NCBI RefSeq assembly: GCF_902652985.1
Contig: NW_022979575.1
Coordinates: 1-64,000, forward strand
DNA: 64,000 bases
Origin: Pecten maximus
Taxonomy: Eukaryota
Direction: 5' to 3'
Below are positions 14,001 through 25,100 of the stretch, piece by piece. Made by a program: the position numbers and the translations under genes. The notes beneath the pieces were generated by a model. That model made no database searches, was not told the DNA's origin, and saw only the letters and a program-made list of their open reading frames with translations. The first letter of the stretch is position 1. Each line of letters begins with the position of its first letter.

Positions 14001-15109
14001 TGTTGGGATATAATAGCTATATCTTTTGCACATAGCAAAACATTAAATACTGCGGTATATATTTTATTGTATTGTGTGGGAAATTAATAAAATCAAAATG
14101 TTATATACTTTTTTCCCCATTATGACCGATATATATATAACACCCCCCCCCCCCCCCCCCCCCCAAACCTTTGGGGCATTGATCACACCTCACCTTTGAT
14201 AAAGACATTAACACCTAGTCATGGGGCATCTCCTAATAAACTCAAAGGGGGTCCATTCAGACTGTAGAGTATATACCTGTATGTACCTGTACTTCTGGGT
14301 CTACAGGAAAAAATATTGTCATGGTGATCACCTGGGCTGCCCCACTCCATCCAAACCATAAGGACATTGGCCACACCTTTATTACCTTTGAGATATACAT
14401 CAATCAACAGGTGTGTCTCTTTGTCAACACCTGTCCTGAGGCTGGCCATGTCCATCTCCCCAAAATACCAGAGTTCACTAAAGGCATGCTGTGCAGTATA
14501 CAATCTAAATATTTACCTGTACTCTGGAAGACAAAAATCCCTCAGGTGTGTCCTCATTCCCTAATTAAACTTAAATGTGTCCATTCATATTTAGATATAT
14601 ATGTTTTAGGTTAATTTTGAATTTACGAATCTGTTTAATCAACATTTGGGGTATATGAATTATCTGCAGGGTATTTGAAATTTGAATGTTTCAAATTTAA
14701 AAGAAGCTTCTCTGCCTATTCTATACCATAATGTATCAATACTTATTAAACTTGATTTTTTTTTCAGAAAGCCAAAGAAGAAAAGATCTACCATTGGCAC
14801 ATGACCTATCAAAGTTTTCAATACTAAATAATAAAATATTATCAATCATCAAACATGACGGTGTTTTTTTTTGTTTTTTTTTTCATTTTACTTAAGACTT
14901 TTGCTATAGCATTTGTCTAATAAACAAGAAATATCTCTAAAAAAAGATAAAAGGCATAGTTTTATTGCTGGTTTTTATACTGTAAAACTGCTGGTGAAAT
15001 AAATCAACGAATCACTGGTCTAGTGGTGGGTGCAGATGAGCTCTAAGGCCTATAGGTATACAAGATATATAACATTAAACAACTACAGATGTGTACATGA
15101 AAACTGTTC

Positions 15110-16490
15110 AATATAAAATTATCTACACTAATAAATTTTGTCTTTTGCAAGCCAAGTATAGATATTAACCTAAATTTGACAACTCTCTAACATTATTAAC
15201 AGATAATAGTTGGATTAATTTAAAAACAGAATGTCTTTTGTAGTAATATTGTTTTATACATTTTACCCTCAGACCTGTATATAATGGACACATCAAAATA
15301 AAATGAAACTCGCCCTCGATGTCACCCAAATCACAATTGTTACAGGTTCTATTTCTTTGGGTAATATTATTATGTCTACCTATTTCTATATTTAATTTGT
15401 GTGAGGATGCTCCACATACATTTATATTTAGTTTCTATAGGTTTAAAACTGTACACAGTGGCTATCTATCAGATATCGATATATAATCTAACTTTCGAAG
15501 AACTAGATGTCTGTTAACATGTTTTGTTTTGTAACATCGGTCAATCTCTGCTCAATGCTTTTAAAAGCATAGTCTACTGGTGATTTAGAATAAAACATGT
15601 ACTCAATACCTAAAGCGGCTAATTCATTCTTAATGTCACATATCCACACGTCATTCTCATTTACCATTTCATCAAGACATGTTTTCAATACCAGATTACC
15701 CGACTGTTTCACCAATATTTGAACACTCTTAATTTTCTCATAATAGTTAATTGTAATCTACCCAATTCACAGTAAACAAAGTCATTGCAAACTGATTTAG
15801 GCACCTTATTAAGTTCAGTATTTTTTTGTTACAGAATTTCTAATGTACGCTTTCGACATCTGGTGCTTTATGAAATCCCTATATTTCCGATGCATAACGT
15901 AAAATACTGTTTACATACGAATCAAATATAGAACAATGAGTTTCTACATTCAAGCAATGATTTCTAAGAGAAGTTGTCAGAGAAAATAAAGCTTTTCTGC
16001 CTTGTTCTGCAAAATGTTTTTGTGTTTTGTAAAACTTCCCATTGTAGTTGAACAGCATACCCAATAATTTAAAACTGTCAACAATTTCTATATTGTCATT
16101 ATTATTCATTATTATATTTCCATGGCTCATTATTTCTTATTTGTCCACAATTTCTAAACACCATGATTTTAGTTATATCCACATTGACCACCAGATTCCA
16201 TTTTATGATATATGCATATAAAAGAATCCAACATAATTTGTAAATCTTCTGGGCAGTTAACAAATAAAGCCATGTCGTCGGTATACATTAGCAAGAAAAG
16301 ATCAAGCATCTGTAATTCAATCACAGGGGCATGTCTAGTTTTATATTACAGAAATAGTCATAAATACCTATATATATTGTCAATATATATAGGTATTTAT
16401 GACTATTTCTGTAATATAAAACTAGACATGCCCCTGTGATTCAATACTTGGACAGTTGTCATTAATAAAGTGTATTTAGATACAAAGAAA
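15110..16490 (-). pseudogene. Decayed non-LTR retrotransposon (LINE, RTE-X-like): RT C-terminal half and 3' region
   Basis: Minus-strand fragments LLMYTDDMALF (YxDD), VDSFKLLGMLF, ILRYASEI, IEIGRH and CNNCDLGDIEGEFHFILMCP, with stops and frameshifts. Confidence 0.8.
16322..16438. mobile_element. 117-bp palindromic P-like MITE
   Basis: CACAGGGGCATGTCTAG...CTAGACATGCCCCTGTG forms a whole-element hairpin. 7-bp TSD ATTCAAT. Confidence 0.9.
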
Positions 16491-17956
16491 ATAACACAGG
16501 TGATTATATTTCCCCTTGTAAGAGTCCGGTATAATTAGGGAAGCACCGACTGAAGTCAGTATCACTATCGAAAATATAAAAATCGTCGTCAGTATATTTC
16601 TCTATACATCGAAATTTAGATCATCGTCTAATGGCAGAAAATCGGACGACATTTTCCATATGTTTCTATATGAATCTTTAACGGAAAAATGGTGCTTTTT
16701 TCGGTAAGACACTATACTTAAATATCGTTGTTCACATCTGCCGATATACATTACAGTGCAAAGGTATAACTATCGCCAGTATGAAGTTATCTCGGCCAAA
16801 CGCGGTGACACTCTTGGCACGGCACATATGTCACTAATATAAACAACTCTGATATCCACCTATTGCGCAGCCGCAGCGCTTGGTCTCGCTAGATCTCGTG
16901 CTAAATATACCTCCGGTTATGAGAACAATAGGTGAGGTCGTGACTCTGCGAGAAAAGCGGTTGTCGCGAATCCCTAGTATATAGGTCTCTGGTTTTGGTA
17001 AATCAAATTTTAATCCTGGGTCAATATCTCTTCCTTGTGCCCATATATGGTAACTACATACAAACCTAAACAAAGGTCCATAACTACTATCAATAATGAT
17101 TAACAAACCCAATGTGTTACCTTGTACCTTTGTCTATAAACTTCAGGAATGTCTGATGATGATACTCGTCCCATCCTCCTCGTACACCTCCAGTTTACCA
17201 AAGAAATATCTAGAAATGACAGAATACACAACTGTTTCATCAAAGCAAAACGTTCAACTACAACTCCCATTATATTTTTAGATATATTAACAGTTTCAAT
17301 TACAAAATTTTAAAAGTACAGCCAGAAAATATACATTGTAATTACTGAATGTGAGACATTAAACAAGAGGCCCATAGGGCCTGTATTTCTCACCTGGTTG
17401 GATTTGACCAAACATCAAAATAATATCAAAAGATCCGGCCTATCACAAGGAGACTTAACAAGAACATACCGCAGCCTCCCAAAACACACATACGCACTCG
17501 TTACACGCATACATGTCGCACGCACGGGAGGCCGTCATTAAATGACCTTAGCTGTTAATAATATTTATGTTAATGGAAGTATGGAAAGGACCTATATAGG
17601 CTAAGCCTGTTGTCCAATCCAATGTGTATATCTATCTCTATTATGAAATATTGTTTTTGAATTAATTCAAACGCTTGATTGAATAAAATATTTTGAAATG
17701 AAATTAATTAATAAGTTCACGTTGAGATCAGCTATACATCCATGGATTTCTAAGACATGACAATCTACCTAACAGAATATGGCACATTAAGTAGCCGTAT
17801 TCACAACAAACCAAAGACTGTCAGATAACAATCAAACATGCGAGTAATGAGTATACTTGCCCTTGTATAACTGGAAATAACATGACGTCATACATAATTA
17901 ACAATTTAAAAGTTATCCTCCTGAAGAGTACCTCAGGGGGACTTTCATGTATAACA

Positions 17957-18001
17957 TTGTCCTGATGAAGACCACACGACTTGGTCAAAAGTAGTCGACA
18001 A
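17957..18001 (+). ncRNA. Degenerate minimal hammerhead ribozyme (Penelope-type)
   Basis: Helix I TTGTC/GACAA, core CTGATGA at 17962, helix II GACCA/TGGTC, AAAA in place of GAAA, and a TC cleavage site. Confidence 0.55.
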
Positions 18002-19227
18002 ATAAATTTTAATCTTAACAGTGTACGCTTGAGTATGTTGCGGTTAATCCCTGATTAAAAATATTCCAATTGTAAAAGTGTATGTAGTCATGAGCACTGA
18101 GGACGTTCATGGTAGCTAGGAGACTGCAATAAATATTATCATGGACATTCCAGATTTTGTATATTGCCTCTGTCATGGATGATACAGTTATTGTAAACAT
18201 CATGATTGACCACTACGACCAACAGATGCGCTATAGTTTTGAGAGTTTTATAAAAGAAAATATTTCATCATGTTATCACTGATCCATGATACACATTTTA
18301 TAGGAAAAACATGTGATTTTGCGTCTGACTAGGCTCTGTATAAATTACCACCAACAAAGTATGGTCCTAAAAGAAAACAAAGAATATTTACATTCTGTGT
18401 GACAGTCTCCCATTACTCCTGTGTTAAACCAGATGGTATTGATCACCGTATAAATGCAGCCCAGATCACATGACGTCACTTCCGTCAGCGTCAAAAAAAT
18501 GTTTGGCAATGTGTTGCGGGTGAATCAAACCTAGCAAGGATTTCGACTTAGAACAATCTCGTAAATATGACATCATTGTGGTGCTTTGTTGATCATAGTC
18601 AAGCCGAGGCTTTGTATTACACATCAATTTGAATGCAAACCAAGCACTACAATAAAATCAATTTCACGTGTGCTGTTCTTTCAATGGAACAATCAGGAAA
18701 ATAGCTGAACTTAAACCCCAGATTTAGCAAAGAGAAATTGAAGTTTAACGTATCTTAATGTAAATATAACAATTGATACTCAAAATACTCATACTCGCAT
18801 CAATCATGCAGGTAAAACCAATTTTTAGCAGATTATACTCATGTCACGGTGACACTTGTGACGTCAGATAAGCGTTTTATTATAAAGTGTTTTAATGATC
18901 ATGAATAGTAAGAAAAAATGGCGCCTTCCAAGTGAAAACCACTGTCGTTATTTATAAAGTTTCTGCATGCAGTTTTCGCAGAAGGGAATAAAGTCTGAAA
19001 AGGAGTCAAAACATATATAAAAAAATAACAAGTTATATTATAGGTAGGAACAAATACTGAACTTTATCTAAACATGAAAAGATTGATTCATGGACCTAAT
19101 GTTACCTGAACATGGACGAGAAGCATTACTGTTAGGTCTATTTTTAGATCACATCTCTGCTATTGCTACAAATGCTTGAATTAAATAAAAGGCAACAAAA
19201 ATATTAATCCTTGTCCACTTGTTGTAC

Positions 19228-20174
19228 AGAGTAAGGGTACGTGATTTCATACAGGACGTGATTTCGTACAATAAATTGTTTTTTCCAATGTTTCAATCGA
19301 TCGCCTGCGATGAAGGCTTAAAATCATTTCGATGGCAAACAACCGCCATAGTCTCTCTTCGGTGATGCTAAATATAGAATTTCAGAATAACCTCATTTTC
19401 AAAAGGAAACTAGAATTTGCATTTTGTCGTCTGCAGAATCGGACCAGGGTAGCTTAAAAACATAATTTGAAATATAATCTAGCCAGCTGACCTATGATAA
19501 TTTTGAGATAATTGAAATAAGATCATACTTTACCATTTTCATCAAAATTGTTTTAATATGAAGCTCAAATAATTTGATAACACCGTATATTGATGTAACA
19601 AGCCCAATCATCGACAGGGCAGATATCGTAGGGAGCCTTCATTATTCCGAAAATGGTTGACATGATTGATTGTTTTTTGGTCTTAAAAACTGTATGGAGC
19701 TTTAAAATTGATTATTACAATTCTAGCCAGATAATCCTTATAAACAAAAATATATATAGTAAGTGCTATATTCCCACAGAATGGGTCGATGGCATGCTAA
19801 AAGTGACACGTTTTTTTTCAAAAGTTCATATTTCTTTCAAAAAACATTTCTGTCGTTTGAAAATCGGCAGACCTGATTAAAATATGCTGAATTAAATCTG
19901 CATATACTTATATTTGCCATATTTACTAAGAATCACACATTTGAAGGGTGTACGAAATGACGTTCCCAACTGCCGCTAAACACAGAAGTAAAGAATGGTA
20001 AAGGAAAGATCCCCTGCGCAGTGCATTTCTGCGCATATGACGTCACATTACCAAAAATATCGCAGATTGTGTACATCTTTTAGGTCGATGTAGATAAAAA
20101 CGTCTTCTAGCTGCATTTAAGAAAAAAAATGCAAATATATGTGAAAAGTGTACAAAATCAGGTACCCTCACTCT
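19228..20174. mobile_element. Non-autonomous TIR element, superfamily unclear (second copy at 49612-50558)
   Basis: AGAGTAAGGGTACGTGATTTC versus AAATCAGGTACCCTCACTCT. No clear TSD. Confidence 0.6.
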
Positions 20175-21689
20175 ATTATATGTTATAGATCTTTGTAACA
20201 ACTATTGTGACCTTCCATATCAATAGCAAAATTAAGGTATTGAAAATTGTGAGAAGTAAAAGTTATATATTTTGAAGATAAAGGTCACTACACTGTCTAA
20301 GATACGAGTGAAAAAAAACCACCATTTTCCTAAGGTATGGATAAAAACCACACCTGTTCAAAAGTTATCTGGAGCACTGCAGATTAGCAGCAGGTCACAT
20401 ATATGATAGTACTTTTTTGTGACCAACTGGGATGGGGAACCAGTCTGTCTCTGAGGACAAGGTTATATCTCTTATCAAATCAATTGATAACAGCTTCGTA
20501 TTCCATTAATTTGCATCAGGAATGTTTGCAGAATTTAAGTAAGATATTCATTGTACCCGCACATACAATATTGTCTAATAATTGGCCTACTGTAATTACA
20601 ATGTATGTAGCTATTCCTCAACCGAATTACATCAAATGATTTATATTAGAATTTGTATTTTAAAATGCTACAACTTTTAAGTGATTACATTGTTGTACTA
20701 GGTTATTATCTTATTATTGGTTAGAATCACGTCACTTGATAAATATACTGTTTGATTAAAATGAATAAACTTGTACATTATAAATAAAATTAGCTCATTA
20801 TTGTTAGTTAGAATCAGGTCACTTGATAAATATACTGTTTGATTAAAATGAATAAACTTGTACATTATAAATAGAATTAGCTCATTATTGTTAAACAAAT
20901 AAAGTTACTACCTGGTTTATATGTGTTTTTTAAGTAGGCAATATTTAGTCCAAATCTCTAAAGTATCATGCAAACTATGACTAGGCCTATGTAATATAAA
21001 TTATAATGTGTTCCCTCCATCCCCCTCTCCAAAATGTCAGCGGTCCATTACCTGATCCAAGACTCAGCTGGTGGTGATCACAACGATTCCGTTAATAAAA
21101 AAAGGTGGGGGTTGAGGAAAAACCTTCCAAAGATTTTAATTTTTAAATCTCTAATTTAGGGGGTTTATGATGAACTATAATGAATCAGAGCTTTAGTGTA
21201 GTCTATATATTACATTTTTTTTCGGAGGAGAACCCCCGAACCCCCCCCACCCGGATAAGTAGAGCCGCAAAAACCCAACCCCTTCTCAAAATCCTGTATC
21301 CGCCTCATTATAACACACTAAACATCGGGTATCTAGGTAAATAATCTGTTTACCTCCAGCAAACGGCGTTGTTCCATGTCCAGCAAAGCCAGGTGCCGAT
21401 GTTGTTGAGTGTCCAGGGCAGTCTGAGTCTCCGACGAATGTTGGAGCAGACGTTAACAAATATGCCTAAGCTTAGTGCCTAGATCTACTCCAAATCCAAA
21501 CTGTGCCCCTAGTTAAGTTAGACAAGATATATGATATACTTCTCTGGTTAGTACTAATGACATGATGAATACATCGTCGGATGTTACTGTGTTTGGGGTT
21601 TCCCTCGACTGGTAACACAGAGTACGCAAAACCCATGTTGATGTTGATGTTGCTCCACACAGCCTGGGGACACTCAACAGACAAAACGT

Positions 21690-21730
21690 TTCTGATTGGC
21701 TGACGAATCAGTGTACATAACCAATAGACG
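21690..21730. promoter_or_regulatory. Putative Pol II promoter: opposed CCAAT boxes in a CpG-richer patch
   Basis: ctgattggctg at ~21692 and aaccaatag at ~21719. A minus-strand splice donor lies at 21352-21353. Function is inferred. Confidence 0.35.
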
Positions 21731-22131
21731 TTTTGCATACTTCCCCTCCGCCCTCTTTGATCCAGGTCATTTGCCGCAGGTCAAAGGTCAAACGGTTAAA
21801 CTTTTCCCAGCAACAACACTGGAACACTACGGAGTTTAGCTGCGATAACGTAGCTCTGGACGACGGACGGACAATTTCTGAAAGATGGTCGTCGTCAGAG
21901 CTACGATTCCCTCCCATTGCTCGTAATGTAGCAAAACGGTTAAACCTCGAAAATGCTACAAATAGCGGATATTGTTTAATTTTGGAGTAATAGTAATAAG
22001 TAGTAATAGTAAATAAGGGATTTCCGCCGTGACGTCACGAAAAGTCACGTGACACGACTGGTTGGCAAAAGTGGTTGTTTACAAAATGGCTTCCCATTGA
22101 TTGAAAAGAACGGCGTTTCATCCGAATTAAG

Positions 22132-25100
22132 ATGGTTGTCTCGTGTTGGGTGATTAACTGTGCAAACAGATTTGACAAAGCAGACCCTAAGAGTTTTTAT
22201 AGAATACCTAAGAAGCCTGATCAGCGCAGGGAACTGTGGATTAAAGCAATCAAGCGAGTGACCAACGACGGTCAACCCTGGATCCCCTCTGACCATGATC
22301 GAGTTTGCTATCTGCATTTCATTCAGGGTATGTAGTTAACCATTAATAATCCAAGTCAATTTTCAGTGAAATATAATATACATGCCACTTGGGTGTGCCT
22401 AATGAGTGTCCTGTGAGGAATGAGTGTCCTGTGAGAGTTTTTTCACGCCCCGCAATTCGTTAAGTGATATTTTTAAATATTTTTTTCTGTATCATACAGA
22501 TGAACATCGAACCCATTAACATGCAAAATTTGACTTTGATTGGACGTGTGCATATTATGCATTTTTAACGACATAGTTACGGTGCAGTGCACATGCGAGT
22601 GTCCTGTGAGGTTTTCGCACGCCCCGCAATTCATTAAACGATATTTTAAAATTATTTTTTCTGTATCATACAGATGAATATTAAACCTAATAACCTGCAA
22701 AATTTGACTTTGATTGGACGGGTGCATAACATGCAAATGTAACGGCGAAGACGAAGTAACGGTGCCATAAAACTGCGAGTGTCCTGCGAGGAATGTGACC
22801 TGTGAGGAATGAGTGTCCTGTTAGTGTTTTTGCACGCCCCGCAATTCATTAAATGATATTTTAGAATTATTTTTTCTGTATCATACAGATGAATATCTAA
22901 CCTATTAACATGTAACATTTGACTGTGATATAACGAGTGCATACTATACAAATGTACCGGCGAACACGAAGTTACGGTGCCATAAACATATGAGTGTCCT
23001 GTGAGGAATGAGTGTATTGTGATTGTTTTTGCACGCCCCGCAACTCATTAAATGATATTTTAGAATTATTTTTTCTGTATCATACAAATGCACATTGAGC
23101 CTATTACCATGCAAAAGTTGACCTTGATTGCACGAGTGCATATTATATAAATGCACCGTCAAAGTTACATTGCAGGGTGTCCCGCGAGGTGTTCGCACGC
23201 CCCGTGATTTTGTTTACCTTTCGAATACAGTGTGTACTAGGCTAACTAGCTATATATAGTGAGTGTCCTGTGGCGCCGTGCCAACCTCGGGTACCTTGCC
23301 GCAGGCATGGTCACTGGTGATTGAACTGCTCAAACTTCAAAACTATGTCCGTTATATAAGAAATACAAATACACCTATTTTCTCCCAAAGTCCGTTTATA
23401 AGAATTATACAATAAATAACTTTATTACGCCTGAAATATACGTATTTTCTCCCCAAGTCCGTATATAATAATTAAACATGTATATGTATATAAAGTGAGT
23501 TAGTTGGCATCACTAATCAATTCATATACACTGTACTGTTAATTACCTTTTGAAAAAGGAACGATGTAAACAAATAATTATGGTTAATAAAATATAATGA
23601 AAAGTAAAATCCTTCAATATTTAACTAACGCTCACGATCAACATGTACACCAAGAAAATGCACAGTCTTAACTTTTAATGTAATTTCTAATTACACGTAT
23701 TTAGTAAAAGTGCAAATACACTGTCTACATCGTTAACGCACTTTAAAGTTTAAATACATTTAAACATATAATTGACGGCAGTACTGCTTTTCGTACATTA
23801 CCAATAACAGTTGTTTTTAACATTTAAAATTTAAGGCCTTTATTTCGTAGAGCAGCGCAAAAATCTTAACCTATTTACCCTTTACTCAGTGATGACTTCA
23901 AAATAGTTATACTATTAGTTAATATTCATATATATTACACGCCTATCAATTCAACAAAACGTGCAAAAAACTGACATGACACTCACCTTAAACTTACTGT
24001 AAATTCGTCGTAGCATTTATTTTATCCAAATATATTTTATTGACAAAAAGTACAGGGGGATTTGGCACAAGTTTTTGCAACTTATCAACGCCCTTTCCCA
24101 AAACAAATACAAAATTACAATATTTGACAAAATAAAGACTAAAGGTCACCAATTCAATATTTTTGTAATATCTTTGTAACATTGCTCTCCGATTTGTCAA
24201 GCGGCAGGAAGTACAGAACAAACAAATATCATGCATTTTAAAATCTATTACTTGTTTTTCGTAGCATTTGCTAAAATGTACTTGTTGATAGTAATAGACA
24301 TCGCGTATATGTACGAATTGTGGGGTGTGCAAAAACCGCACTGGACACTGCACCGAAAATGAATAAATTTTCGATGTTCATCTGTATGGTACAGAAGGAG
24401 TTAACAGAAAGTACTACTTATCGAATTGTGGGGCGTACAAAAACTCTCACAGGACACTCATTCCTCACGGGACACTCATTCCTCACAGGACACTCATTCT
24501 TCTCAGGACGCTCACATGTGTAATGCATCGTAACTTTGGCGGTACATTAGCATAATATGCACACGTCCAATCCATGTCAAATTTGGCAGATTAATCGGTT
24601 AGATGTTCATCTGTATGATACAGAAAAAAATATTTAAAAATATCACTTAACGAATTGCGGGGCGTGAAAAAATTTTCACAGGACACTCATTCCTCACGGG
24701 ACACTCATTCCTCTCAGGACGCTCACATCGTAACTTTAGCGGTACATTAGCATAATATGCACACGTCCCATCTAAGTTAAATTTGGCATATTAATCGGTT
24801 AGATGTTTTTCTGTATGATACAGAATTTTTTTTTTTTAAATATCACTTAACGAATTGCGGGGCAGATCAATCGATTAGATGTCCATCTTTATTATACAGC
24901 AAACATAATTTTAAAACATCAGATAATGAATTGCGGGGCGTGAACAAAAACGCTCAAATTTTATTAACATGACAATATATCACCTGTCGACCTGTTTGTG
25001 ATTGTACATTACAAGTTTTCAGACTGAGATTAACAAATTCTATGTATTAATAACAGTTTACCATTATATTTGGTTATATATTATGTACAAGTTATATTGT

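Larger units (their letters stand above)
12911..16991. mobile_element. P-superfamily-like non-autonomous DNA transposon (4081 bp)
   Basis: TIR CAGAGACCTATATACTAGGGATTCGC at both ends. Perfect 7-bp TSD GTTTTGG at 12904-12910 and 16992-16998. Internal ~205-bp tandem duplication at 13252-13645. No transposase. Confidence 0.85.
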
